DNA from: Lama guanicoe
Taxonomy: Eukaryota
Assembly (NCBI GenBank): GCA_013239625.1
Contig: MU053559.1
Location: 3,722,607-3,786,606 of the forward strand
DNA: 64,000 bases
Direction: 5' to 3'
Shown: piece by piece, positions 13,401-27,247 of the stretch
How the letters are laid out: the number at the start of each line of letters is the position of its first letter
Position numbering within the stretch: the stretch's first letter is position 1
Notes under the pieces: model-generated
What the model was told of the DNA's origin: nothing
Database searches by the model: none
The model's input: only the letters and a program-made list of their open reading frames with translations
Translations under genes and position numbers: made by a program

Positions 13401-14920
13401 TCCCCCAAACACTTGTCTATTCCTAGAAGATACCTTGCACCCACATCATCCACCTTTCCTGTCTCCCCCTATAGTCTCTGTAGCTCATTCCTAGAAGATA
13501 TCCTCCTCTCAAACCATCCATCTTTCCTGTTGGCCCCTCCCTACAAGTCACTCTCCTTTATTGCTAGAAGATTCCATTCAAACTTCTAGTCTGCTCCCAA
13601 AACTGACTCATTACTGGAAGATAACATCCCTTCACACCACCCATCCTTGCTGTCTGCCCCTATTAACTGCATCTCATTCCAGGAACATAAATCCCCCTAC
13701 ATCATCCATCATTCCTATTTCCCCCATCCACTGTGGCTCATTCCTGGAATATACCATTTCTGCACACCAGGCACCCTATCTCTCCCACCCCATCGACTCT
13801 GTCTGACTCTGGAACAACTATCTATCTTTCCTGTCTCCCTCATCCACAGTGGCTGGTTCCTGGTAGATACCATACACTCTTCATGTCCCCCATCATCAGC
13901 TATGAGTTAACCCTTGAACATACCACCCCCCACACCATACACCTTTCATGTCTCCCCCATGCACTGTGGCTCATTCTTGGAAGATATCATCCCTTCACAA
14001 CTTCCACCCTCTCCTTCATCTACTATGGCCCATACCTAAAACATAACATCATGATCCATCCTTCCTGTCTCTCTTTTGTACTGTGACTCTTTCCTGGAAG
14101 ATATCATTCCATCATTACCATTCCCCATCTATCCCCATCCATTGTGGCTCATTCCTGGAAGATACCACCCCCTCATACCATACTCATCCTGTTTCCCCAT
14201 CAACTGACTTACTCTTGGAAGATACCATCTCTTCACATCATCCACTCTTCTTGTCTTCTCCATCAACTGACTCATTCTTAGAAGATAACTTACACACATA
14301 CCATCCCTCTTTCCTCTCTCTCCCCATCCACTGTGGCTCACTCCCCATCATTTCACTACATTACTCTTATATCCTCCATCAACTGGCACATTTCTTAAAG
14401 ATACTATCCCCACATCACACATCCTCCCCACCTCCCCTCATCCACTGTGGCTTATCCTGGAAGACCACCACATCACCCATGCTTCCTGTCTCTACCTGTG
14501 CACTATGGCTCATTCCTGGCACATACTATCCTCCCACACCATCACCTTTCCTGTTTCCCCTGTCAATAGTGGCTCATTCCAGGAAGATACCATTCGGCTA
14601 CACCATCCACTATTCCTGTCCCCCACATACATATGGTTTACTCCTGAACATACCAACCCCACACACCTGATCCATGGTTTATGGCTCACTCCTGGAAGTT
14701 ACCATCCCACCACACCATATATCCTTTGTGTCCCCTCTCGTGCACTGTAGCTCATTCCTGGAAAATACCATCTCGCCTATCCACCTTCCTGACTCCTCAT
14801 CCACTGTGGCTAATTCCTGAAGATACCATCACCTCACACCATCCAATCTTCCTTCCTCCCCCATCAAATGGCTCATTCCTGGCAGATACCATCTACACAC
14901 CCCACCCATCTTTCTTGCAA
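10480..14920. repeat. Degenerate minisatellite, unit ~60-65 bp, in MAOA intron 5
   Basis: Dozens of diverged copies of ccatccactgtggctcattcctggaagataccatcccctcacaccatccatccttcctgtctccc. Interrupted by an L1 and by an inverted block at about 12325-12516. Confidence 0.92.
10575..11100 (+). mobile_element. 5'-truncated young L1 (end of ORF2 plus 3' UTR) inside the minisatellite
   Basis: WKQPKCPSTDDWIKKLWYIYTMEYYSAIK is the L1 ORF2 C-terminus. Poly(A) tail; exact 17-bp TSD aactattcatccttcca at 10558 and 11101. Confidence 0.93.
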
Positions 14921-15172
14921 ATCATACAACCTTTTCATTAAAAAATGTTCAACTTCATTCACCTACTTTTCTTCTTACGTTTTAGATTCATTTTATGTTC
15001 ACCTCTGCTCTTAGTGTCTAAAGTGTCCTCAAAGTTGCTACTGATGGAAAGGTCAGTAAGTTTCCTCTTAACTTTTTTCCTATAACTTATTAAGAAAAAC
15101 ATTGCAGTTCAAGATAGGATAGGGAAGATCTGAAGGGAAGATAAAAAATACATTTTAAACAGTCAAGATTAC

Positions 15173-15264
15173 TTTGTCCAGCAGATTTTATCAATAAGAT
15201 CTTTCATGGTCATCTTATCCCATTCCTCCGCATGTGGAGCCTCCCATGGGGCATCAGCTGGGAT
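15173..15264 (-). CDS. MAOA: MAOA exon 5 ([31 protein letters not shown])
   Basis: 92 nt; acceptor CTGCAG, donor GTAATC. Confidence 0.97.
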
Positions 15265-15506
15265 CTGCAGAGATGAGAAGGGCCCATATTCAGGTATGAT
15301 GGTTACTGCCCACTTCCCTGCCAAGATGTCCTCAGGAGAACTCTGAAAACTGGTTTCTCTGTCTATGTTGGAATGTGTGATTGGCATAGAATCCTATGTA
15401 TAGAAAGTGGTAGAGTTGGGATGGATAGCTCTTTGGATTCTATGCCTTAATGCTGCTGTCAAAATAATAATAATAATAATAATACACATATGTGTAAATT
15501 AATATG

Positions 15507-16232
15507 AACCCTCCTACACTGCTGGTGGGAATGCAGTTTGGTGCTGCCACTGTGGAAAACAGTATGGAGATTGCTCAAAAGACTAGGAATAGACTTACCA
15601 TGTGACCCAGGAATCCTGCTCTTGGGTACATACCCAGAAGGTACCCTACTTCAAAAAGACACTTGTACCCCAATGTTCATAGCAGCACTATTTACAATAG
15701 CCAAGACATAGAAACAGCCTAAGTGTCCATCAACAGATGACTGGATAAAGAAGATGTGGTATTGTATTTATACAATGGAATATTATTCAGCCATAAAAAC
15801 CAACAACATAACGCCATTTGCAGCAACATGGATGCTCCTGGAGAATGTCATTCTAAGTGAAGTAAGCCAGAAAGAGAAAGAAAAATACCATATGAGATCG
15901 CTCATATATGGAATCTAAAGAAAACAAAACATAAATACAAAACAGAAACAGACTCAGACATAGAATACAAACTTGTGGTTGCCAAGCGGGCAGGGAGTGG
16001 GAAGGAACAGAATGGGATTTCAAAATGTAGAATAGATAAAAAAGATTATACTGTATAGCACAGGGAAATATATACAAGATCTTATGGTAGCTCACAGTGA
16101 AAAAAATGTGACAATGAATATATATACGTTCACGTATAACTGAAAAATTGTGCTCTACACTGGAATTTGACACAACATTGTAAAACGACTATAACTCAAT
16201 TAAAAATGTCAAAAAATATAATTCTGAAAAAA
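15507..16232 (+). mobile_element. 5'-truncated young L1 in intron 4
   Basis: ORF2 3' end plus a 3' UTR highly similar to 10575-11100; long TSD at 15481-15506 and 16245-16270. Confidence 0.93.
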
Positions 16233-16745
16233 CAAAATAATAACAATACACATATGTGTAAATTAATATGTAATTATGATGCTTGCCATTGTATTTATTA
16301 TTGAAAGCTAATAGCCATTTTAAGTCCTCAACTTATGTTTGAGAGAGTGATGTTACAAAGCCTGATACTAAGTAAAAAGAAAAACTTTGGGGAAACAAAT
16401 CCTTCTCTCCTTTACTATCTGAAGTGGTATGACATATGCATAAGGTAACTATAAGTAGGATATCCGGCAAAAAATATGTCACATAAATTCCCAGTGGCAT
16501 AGAGTTGAAAACACACAGGCACACACATTAGTATCAGAGACATGTGGGTTTGAATCCTGGTTCCTTTGTTGTGTGGTCTTGGGGAAATTATGTAACCCCT
16601 TGGCACTGATTTTCTTCCTTCGTAAAGTAGAAATACTAGCAACCTGGCAGAGTTGTTGGGGACATTAGAAATGATATCCACCAATGTCCAGAGCGATGTT
16701 CCCCGCACTGTGGCAGGATACTAACCATTTGCGATTGACATTTCA

Positions 16746-16886
<141 letters not shown>

Positions 16887-19800
16887 CTATAACATAAAAG
16901 CAAAGGACAATACCTCAAATTAGGATGACATTCTAAAAGTCCAAAACCAGTTTCAAAGAAACAGGATCCTCCACTGTGTCAAAAGCATTACCTTGGACAG
17001 ACAGTAAATATATTTTACCTATATAGGCCCCAAATTTCAATTAGATTAGCAAAATTTGCAGGGTGTCATATTAGTCATTTTTAACTTATAGGAAATAATA
17101 GCCTTGAATGTATTTCTACTTACAGAGAATAAATAAATAAATAAAGGTAGCTCATCCCAGTATCTAATGTTGATGCTACAATATTCTCAGCTCTTGACTT
17201 CCTATCTAATCTCTTTGGAAGGATGTTCCCACTAAGATGAGAGCAGGATGATGACATGGAAGACTGTCTTTGGACTACATACAGGACTGGAATAACAAAG
17301 TGGAATATCTCAAACTATGTATTAAGCTTCACACAAGCTAAATAAAGACTGGCTAGACTACAGATCATGCCCAAAGTCAAGAATCAAAATATTAGAAACT
17401 TGGAATAGTAGGCATTAGCCATTTTTGGTTTTCTAGCATCCGTTCCCCTTTCCTAGGAGCACTTTGGTTTCTTCTAGGGGAAACAGTGGCTTCTCCTCTG
17501 TGGATATGTGTCCTGGGTACCATCTCCCATTACAGAAGGCAATGGGTTAGAGCCCATCCACCACCCTCAGCCAGGCTGTGAGCCTGTGATATGAGTTTAG
17601 CCAATCACACACTCTGACCCTGGAATGGGTCACCCAAGGACAGAAGAAAGTTGACTCTGGGTTCTCCTTCGCCGTGGTAGCACACCAAGCAGATGCTTCC
17701 TGCTATAAAGACCATGGTGGTGGTTCCTGCCCCTACCCTGCCAGAGTTCCTCTGATCTTTGCTCATTCTCAAGTGAGGCCCTTCTATCCTCCCACTGATT
17801 TTGTGGGCCCTCTGATATCCTTTCAGTAAATCCTCTCTTATTAGCCGAGTTGGTTTCTATTGCTTGGTACTAAGACCTCTAACAAAGACAGCTAATTACC
17901 AGCCACTATTTACTTCATTTCAATGGTGTGACAGGCACTGTGCTACTGTAAGGGGAGGAAAATCCTGAGGAAAAGAGAGTGGCTCTAGATTAGCTTCTAA
18001 GGTCTTATTTCCTGATTTAATTCCTTTTTCTTTAAAACATCTTGTAAATCTCCATAAGGTCGAAACATTGTCTGTTAATACAATTTTGCATGAGATTTTG
18101 ATTTTATCGAAGAGAAACATACTCAAGATTTGTAGAAAGCCTACTGTGTGCACTGAATGATATTAAGAGCTGTGTTGATTTTTTTTAAAGGGCTAAAGCA
18201 AAACTCCTGACCATCAAGGCAGGGACACAAGACAGCATTTGCATTCATGTGCGCACACTTACAAACTCCAACTGAGAAAGAATATATGGCAGCGATTAAG
18301 TGACAATGAAGTAATTTTCCCTTCCATAGTAGCAACTTCAAATAACCTTGGCAGATTATGTGATCTGATTTCTTACCTGAAAAGGCTATGTTGTAATGCT
18401 GCAATACAACTTTCTAAGACTCCAAATCCTTTATCATCACCACCACCACCGTCACCACCATTGTTACTAACATTTATTAAGATCTCTTTCCATGCTGGCA
18501 GTGGCCTAAACTCTTCATATGCGTTAGCTCATGTAATGCTCCCCCCCAATCCTGTGGAGGCAAGACTATTAATATTCCCATTTTATAAACAAGGAAACTA
18601 AAGCCTAAGGATATGAGCTAGAAAACAGCAGACCAGAAATTTCCTGTTCCTGAAGCCTTTGTTCATAAACATTAAGCTTTCAGGCCTCCTATATGGTCGA
18701 GGGAGTGTTGAGACAGTTTCATTCTAGAGACATCTTAAACTTCCCAACTAAAAGAGAATTTTGAAATGTGAAACTTCTAAATCTTCCACACATCTTCTAT
18801 GTTTCTAAGGAATAAACACGGAGACTAAGAAGCTCTGGGGTATGTATGATGATTGCTGAGGAAATAGGGTCAACTTTGGAAAATGCTGAAGCATGTTCTG
18901 AGAGAAATTGCTATGGACACAAAAATAAGCTATCAAGAGGAGAGAGACTGGGGTCAAGTAATAGCTCACAGGCAGCCTTCAGAACAGCTGGCTCTTGTTA
19001 TAATCCTTCCCTTAATTGAAATCAGGAAAAAAAATCTCCATTTTCCTCTGTAGGATGCACTTATACTCAAGTAATAGTCTCATACAAAACTGTTCTTCTC
19101 TTTGAAAAAATATATTTAAAAAAACTTAAATATGCCCAATGATCTGGGGACATGAAATATTATAAATATAATTCGACAAAATATGTCCCAGATTCCTAAC
19201 AAAGTTCTTTATAGGATGATGCCAACCAGAGTATGATTTCACACAACGTCCTAAAGACGCCATGGTCTGAGCCTTGATAAACACACAGAACTGGCAGGAG
19301 AGGTGACCAGTTCAGGGAGAGAGACGTGTCTAGCCTGGCAATCTTTTCTAGGAGTGGGAACCATGGAATATTTTAAAAGACAATCACAAAGGCCCACCAT
19401 GACCTAAATTTTTATCCTGTTGACAGAGGCACCCAGGAATAAAGGGATTTCATTAGTTTCACTCTTAGCAGTTTGGGGATTCTCTGCTCTTATTGCACAG
19501 AAAATCTAAATTTGCTAAAGAAATGCATATATGTGGGAACAGGCACCTACCTCCTCCATTCCCACAAGCCCCCAGAAGGCTTATTTCCTCCATGGCCTGT
19601 ATCTCAACTAGACGACTCAACGTGTGAATCCTAAATTAGGGCAGTGGGAGGGCCTGGAGCTGGTTCTTGGCTGACTGAGAAGTGCTTGCCCACGGACCTT
19701 CTCAGTCTCTTAAATGTGATTCTATAGTTTTCTCACAAAAGTGTCAGCTTGTTCTCAATCCGGAACCACTTCTCAGCAAGAAATGCTTTTATGACCTAAG

Positions 19801-21955
19801 GGTGTGTGGCAGGATCTCTGGGAATACTTCTAAACGGCTGTCGCTCTTTGAAAATAAAAATAAAAATAAATCTGGAGTAAAGGTCAAGTTCATTTTGTGC
19901 CTATACTGTGAAACCTTCCTACCCTTCCAAACTGGCCTTTAATCTCTAAAGGAGAGCGTGTTTGACACAGAAGTTGTTGATGTCAAGTAGAACACAATGT
20001 CCCTGGAATTGGGCCCAGAATACTTAAGAATTGAGAAACCACATCCTCCATCTACCAGTGTTCATAATAAAGGGAAACTATCGCCAGGAGAGAACAGTTT
20101 TCTTTTTTAATTTATATATATTTTTTAATTTTTAAATTTCCTTGGATACCTGCCCAATTAGGGCAGGGAGATTGTGTTCTCAACACACTGATGTTACTGA
20201 ACAAGCTAGTTTATTTTATTAAAATTTTGTTATGAAATATATCATTTATGATAAAAAATATATGTATAGTTCAAAGAGGAATAATAGAAATGAACAACCA
20301 TGTGCACACCATCCAGGTTGAGAAGAGTGATATCATCATAAATTTACAAGTATGCCATGTGCTTCTCCCCAAGCATGTCCCGCTCCTCCCTTTGCACGAG
20401 AGGGAGCCACTAATGAATTTTGTGTTTACCATTCCTTTCCTTTTCTTCCATCACCCACGTATACATACCTAAACACACATTGTTTTGTTCTTCCTATTTC
20501 TGAGCCTTATATAAACAGACTAAAACACACCCTAGTGTCCACTCTGAAGCAGTGGAAACAAATAAACCATGAACACCACCAATCAACATGGATGTATTTT
20601 TAAAATGTGTTGGTGAAAAAAGCAAGTCAAAAAATACACACAGTATGAGTCCATTTATATAAAGCTTGGAAATTGGAGAGGACAGTTTACAGCGCCCACA
20701 TCATTCCTTATTGTTGGTCCTATAAGATAAGCCAGCAAGTAGCACTTACTGTTTGGGATGTTGGAGACTTTCACCTCCCTGTACTTTTATATTTTAGTTA
20801 AACAAAAGGAAATGAGTGTTTATTAAAGAGTATCATAGGCCATCGAGGAAAGCTGCCAAACATTTTTCTTTAATCATCTTGAAAATAAACAGATATGTTC
20901 TGGATTGATTTAGAAATATGTCTGCCCAACCCATACGAATTCCTTGGCACCCTTCTAGTCCCATTGTTTTGTAACAGGCCTCTAAAAGAAATCTTTTGGT
21001 GGTTTATTTTCTATAGTTCATAATAGTGCTTTAAATAAAGAAATTATCTAAAAAGAGATCCATTAAATAGGATCGTGTTGTATTAGTAATTTAAAAAAAT
21101 CATTTTCTTCTTCTTTCCATGTGCCAAGCATTATACGGACTGCTACTCAGAAAAAGTTATCATAATCAATATGGAGACATCTATCCTATCTTAATGTATT
21201 GGTTTTCCCAAGTGTCCACCTAGTTCCTCTGTTCTTTGAAAGACCCTCCCTTCTCTCACCTACTGACTCCCTCAGGGTCCAATCTTCAGCCTTCCTCTGC
21301 CCACCCATTTCCCTGGGGAACTCACCCATCATCTGGATTTATTATTATTATATTTGCACAGTGTCATGCTTTGCATTTTTCATGCCTCTGCTCCCTCTAC
21401 CTCTCATACAACTTCAAGAGCTGGCAGCACATTCAAGTTCATGACCTGATATTTCATCTTATTCTCGGTCCCCCCTCTCCTCTGGAAAAAGAACCATTAA
21501 ACTAAGGTATAAACGATGCCATAAAAACAAGAATGAAAGGTTTCAAATGAATAATTACATCATCTTTCCCAGGGACTCTAGTTATGTACAGAAGTTACAA
21601 ACAAGGTAATTAAGATAGAAACAATATGAGTTCTTCAGGAGGCTCTTGGGTAAGTACAGATGAAGGACAGGGCATTGAAAAAAATATTTTTCCTCTTTCA
21701 CAAATGCCATTAACTCAGGAGAAATAGGCAGTTAGAAAAAAAAGATGAAAATATTATACTGTGAGGATGGGTGGCTGCTTTTCCTTAACAGCTTTAATAA
21801 GACATCATTCACATATTACATAATCCATCCATTTGAAGTGTACAATTCAATGCTTTCTGGTATATTTACAGAGTTGTGAAACCATCACTACAGCTAATTT
21901 TAGAACATTTTCATTACCACGAGAAGAAACTCTTTACTCATTAATAGTCACTCTC

Positions 21956-22115
21956 GGGGTAGAGGGTATAGCTCAAGAGGTACAGCTCATGCATAGCATA
22001 CACAAAGTCCTGGGTTCAATCCCCAGTACCTCCTCCAAAAATAAATAAATCAATAAATAAACCTAACTACCTCTCCCCCCAAAAAATAAAATTAAAAAAT
22101 CAGATGTATAAAAAA
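21956..22115 (+). mobile_element. tRNA-derived SINE (Vic-1-like), inserted in an old L1 fragment
   Basis: A/B boxes and A-rich tail; TSD agtcactctc at 21946 and 22116. Confidence 0.88.
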
Positions 22116-22339
22116 AGTCACTCTCCATTCTCTCCCACCCCATTTTGAAGAACTGCCAAACTATTTTTCAAAGCAGCTGTCACCATTTTACATTCCCACC
22201 TGCAACATATGAGGGTTCCAGTATCTCCACATCCTTGCTAACACTCACTATTGTCTGTCTTTTTGATTATAGTCATCCTGGTGGATGCAAAGTGGTCTCC
22301 CATTGTGGTTTGAACTTGCATTTCCCGGATGACTAATGA

Positions 22340-25300
22340 CAGCCTAAGTCAAATCAGGCTTGGTGAGTGGAAGGTCAGATTGTTGAGCCCATACATTGTC
22401 TCCATCCTTGGTGCCATGGCCACTTTGTATGTGGGCCCACTGAGCAAGTGCTAGTGGAAAGAGATGGTGTGATGGCTTTGTGCTGTGTCAACTTGTTCAG
22501 GCTGAACTGGATTTCCCAGAGTTTTCTTTCCTATGTATTTCTTGTTAGGGCACTTCACAAGAGGAATTCTTAAGGGAAATTTAGAGAGTAAAAGTGAAAC
22601 AGCACTCATTTTGTAGTTCACACACATTGTTGCTGATTCTCATTACACAAGATAGGGGCTGGGCCTGCAACTACTCCACCCTCTGGAATCCTCCTCTAGC
22701 CTCTTCAACTCCTAGGCCAGGTGTATGTATTTAGCTCTGTGATGAAGGGTCCTTGCTTCTGCAAGACACTCACAGTGTCAAGATCAGAGGCAACAATGAC
22801 TGACATGGGCTCCAGCTCATGCTTGTGGGTTCCAGCTTGTTCTTGCTTTCCCCCATCTTACATCTATCTTCCCTTCCTGACTGCCTGCACTTCAAGCTCC
22901 AGCATCAGATGCAAAGACAAGAGCCTTACAACAACTCCCACAATTAGTAAGGCCAAATCCTTATAATAAATCCTTTAGCAGTTTTGCTTATCTCACTGAA
23001 CCTTGACTGATATAGGCTGATAATCCAAAGGATGGATCACCTTGTACCTGATTATTAAAGCTTCTCTGCAGCAGATGCCCAATGGTCAGCATTCACATGG
23101 GACCCAGGGGCAACTCCAGCCAATAAGGGACATGGATAAATTATCTCAGCTTCTCTGTTCTTGGAGGGCGATTCTTTGGCACTTTCCACACAGTTTCTCA
23201 GGGAAAACTCAGAGTAACTGAGCTTCAGTTGCCCACAGCTGTGACAACTCATTAATATACCCTTTATTAGCATTTATTCCCTTCCCTGCAGGTAGTTTAT
23301 TTGGGAAGTGATGTCAGGTCTACTTTGGGGGCACAATCAACATTCTCAAGTCTGTTTTGGGGACAAAACAAGACAACAATCCATCTTTCCTTCTGCACGA
23401 CAAGGACAGCTAGATGTGCTGCCTGAAGTACTGTCTCTGGGATGATATGCCTTCATCACTGTCTGTAGGGGTCCCACGGAGGGGTACTGAAATGCAGTAG
23501 CCATCCACTTCCAGTTGACAACTGCAGAAGGTATATATCCTTCTGTAAACCAGGCCTGTGTTTTCATCATCTCCCATTAACTACTTAGAGGGTACTGTCC
23601 TTGAGTTGTATGTATGAGTTGAGGGACAGGAACCAAAGCAGTAGAAGCAGTTATCTTTGGAGCCTGAACTACCTCTTGTTCATGCAGTTTATTTTTGCCT
23701 GCTGGACCTGCTCAGGCCTGGGCTCATCAATTTCATAATGCCATGCATGTCTAATTCGATACTTTGGCAGAGCAGATATTACCTCCATTCATGATGTGTG
23801 GTTTGAATCTATGACCACTTGGTGTTCCATGGTCAGTTATTCAGTTCCTACCAGGACACAGCTACAGGTCAGGAACGGCTTTCCAAATGAAGAGTGATTG
23901 TCAGCAGAACAGGACATGCATGGCTTCACTCAAATCCTAAGAGGTTTGCTGCTCCAATTCTCCTACTTGAAGTTACCAAAAGCTGCAGACACCATCTCAG
24001 TCTGCCATATTTCCAATATCACTGACTCTCCTGGATCATCAAGGCCAAATGGCAAAGCAGCTTACACTGGAGCCATAACCTGCTGTATACTCTCCTTACT
24101 CTAAGCCTCATTCAAAACTGGTAGCTTTATGAATTAATAGGCAAATGTATTGGAGCAGTGGGCCTTGGTATGGTCACGTTGCTTCTGAAATCCAAAGAAG
24201 TCGACTGTACTTTGTGACTCTTTCTAGCAGCTGGCCTGTACTTTGAACCAGGTCTTACCCATCTCCATCTAACTTACATTGGGATCTAATTCCCATGAGT
24301 CTGAAGATGGTGAGGAGTGGTACAAGTAGATTCTGTGAGCGAATCAGCCTCATCTTGGGAGGTAACTACCCCAGGTACAGACAATGAAAGGCTTGTATGC
24401 AGGAAATGGCTGGTTCTGTCATCTAAAGGGGGGATTTAGGGACTCAAAGTTCTCAGTCTTATCTGTACCTACCCAAATGTCCTAAATTCCAGGTTTCAAG
24501 TTTCTGTTCCATTGCCTCTGATTTAGCACAAGAAACCTAGCAGGGGAGAACTTTTAATTGGTATTCCAACTCTGCAACCTTTACACTCAGGTCCTAGGTT
24601 TGAATCCTCATCCATTTCTATTCCTTGACCCATTCAAGCTGCCACGGAGGCACTCTGATTTTCCAGAGGGAAGAGTGTAGACATTCCAACCTTACACTAC
24701 TACCAGTGTTCTTAACGGGATAGTCACAATTTTCAATTTCTCTTTTTCTCTGTTTATGCTCCCTAGGACCATCAGTAGACATCAAGCGATTCAATAATCC
24801 TTATAATGACTATTTTTGCCATAGCAACCAAATGTCAAAGCTCCTTGATTTTCCAATGCTTTGCCCTACCCCTATACTTCAACCTACGTCATTGACAATG
24901 ATAATTTATGAGATTATAAAGCAACCATATACCATGCCTTGCCCATGCCCCATTTCCTCCTAGAAAGGAAGTTGTCCTTGTGTTCCTCATATAGGTGAGC
25001 AACCCAATCACAGAATTCCTGGGTTTTCTGGGACTGCTCTGGTACTAATTACTGTATCAGTTAGGATTCTAGCAAGAAATAGATGGCACATTCAAATTGG
25101 TAATTTAAGGGCTATTTAATAAAGGGACCACTTTCAAAAATATAGGCAACGTACAGGAGGACTACAAGTGACAGTGCAGGACTCCAGAACCACTAACAAT
25201 GGGGCTGCTACATCTAGGCCTCAAGGGGAGAGGAGGCAAGACAGGAGATATGGTTATTAAACCTGTAGACAGAAAAAGTTATGGGGAAAGGGCTACCCAG

Positions 25301-25550
25301 TGGGAGCAGTGACCTTCAGTTGAGGGACATAGGTAGATGGTGGTACATTACATGGACAGAGGCAAGAGAATAGACATTCCAACCTTACACTACTACCAGT
25401 GCTCCATGTCCAAAACCAAACCAAAGCCATTGAACATGTGAGCCTGTTGCTTCCATCTACCCAGGTCAACTTCCCTGGGTACAGAGTAGGGTGGAGAAGA
25501 CTGGAGAGTGGATCTGAAGGTGCCAGTTCGAAGACTAAAAACACACTGCT
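22340..25550. mobile_element. Ancient ERVL internal and LTR remnants
   Basis: ORF 23346-23570 (-) contains AWFTEG...KWMATAFQ, resembling ERVL RNase H (AWFTDG...KWTAAALQP). LTR-like blocks at about 22470-23010 and 25054-25540. Confidence 0.65.
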
Positions 25551-26054
25551 GTCTTAAATGACACAAAGATGAAAACTAGCAATTCACTTCATTTTGCTCT
25601 GAATCCATCATATTGGCTGCCTAGACTCTATCAATTCTCATTTATATGCTTATTATTAGTATCTTAACTTTAAGATTTGTTACCAAAATTGGTATGCTCT
25701 TATCATAACATAGAGACTCAAAATGCACCAGGGGTCTTCAGGTTCTACATCTGGAGGCTAGTAAAGTGCTATATTGAGATCCCTTGGATATTTTGAGCAA
25801 TACAAACTCCTATAGAGAGTTTGGAGGAAAATGCACCTTATACCAAAGTCTATATATGTCGATATTGGTGTCTAATGTGTCTAATACATGAGTGGAATAG
25901 CTGAGACATTAGAGGATAGGTGGACAGACCCTTTTAAGAACTTTTTCTTTGGGGACCTAGAGTTCTTAGGGAAAGGTACTGTTAACAGATTTGATCTAGA
26001 AACATCAGTATCACTATCTCTAGTCAGACTGAAGGGGCTTTGGTTCCTGTAGAG

Positions 26055-26238
26055 TAGGGGTTCTCAACCAAGAGTGATTTTGCTCTACAGGTTATATTTA
26101 GCCATGTCTGGAGACAGTTTTGAATGTCACAACTGGGTGGGGGCTGCTGGTAGATATCCCACAATGTGCAGGACAGCCCCCGACAACAAAGAATTATTCA
26201 GTTCTAAAAGTCAGTAGTGCCTGGGTTGAGAAACCTTG
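26055..26238 (+). mobile_element. MER20-like hAT DNA transposon
   Basis: Terminal inverted repeats ggttctcaacc / ggttgagaaacc; exact 8-bp TSD ctgtagag at 26047 and 26239. Confidence 0.85.
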
Positions 26239-26924
26239 CTGTAGAGTAATACACAAATGTGAGTGAATATCATCAACTTTTCTGGAACCCAACACTTTCC
26301 ATTTGCAAGATTCCTGGATTTGTAGCAGAGTTGCCTCGGAATGACTCAGGGTGTAGAGTATAGGGATCCCGCCATTAGACCTACTAAATCAGGCGGTGTG
26401 GCCAGGCTATCTATATTTTTAACAAATCTTGGGTAATTCTAATGTTCACTAAAGCTTGGGTATTATCCCATTACAGTGTTTGTGTAAAATTTCTAATTAA
26501 TTTAGCTATGCATATTGTCAAATTATATGAATGAAGTAAAAATAATTTTAAAATACCTAATCTCATAAACCATTTCTTTTCAATCCTTATTTTTATTAAA
26601 CTTAAAAAAATACTAAAGGTAATGATGATTTCTGTTATGGTTGTCCATTTACTTCATTAAGATTTATTTCCTCTTAAACTTTTTTCTTAAAAAATCATTT
26701 AGTCACTTTAGTCTCCTTCCTTATATCTTTGGTTTTATGATGCCTGGATTCCATGTCTGATTTCTCTTGCTTTTCACTGCTTTAAGGTAAAAATCTTGTG
26801 ATCGTAAGTGAGATGCATTGTAAGGTAATAAATCTGGGCTGCTTTTGATAAATTTAGCAAGTTCACTATGTCTCTGAAGATATTCAGAGGTCCATATTAC
26901 ATGTGTAATTAAATTTCTAACATA

Positions 26925-27247
26925 TATGCAGACCTTGTTTTATTGTGATTCACTTTACTGCACATCACAGATACTGTTTTTTTTTTTTTACAAACAGAAG
27001 GTTTGTGGCAAACCTGGGTTGTCAGATGATGGTTAGCATTTTAGACAAAAAAATAGTATTTCTAAATTAAGGTATATATGTTGTTTTTTTTAAGACATAA
27101 TGCTCTTGCACATTTAAGACTACAACATAGTGTAACCATAACTTTTATGTGCACTGGGAAACAAACTCGTGTGATTCTCTTTATTGTGATATTCGCTTTA
27201 TGGCAGTGGTCTAGAATCGAACCCACAATATCTCCGAGGTACGTCTG
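26925..27247 (+). mobile_element. Tigger1-derived internally deleted element
   Basis: Ends resemble Tigger1 termini (..accttgttttattg.. and ..atatctccgaggtacgtctg). Confidence 0.8.

Noticed and set aside
10480..14920. CRISPR-like array, or coding ORFs of up to 195 aa, in the repeat region
   Set aside because: This is a eukaryotic intron. Units are degenerate along their whole length with no unique spacers, and the ORFs are low-complexity products of the repeat.
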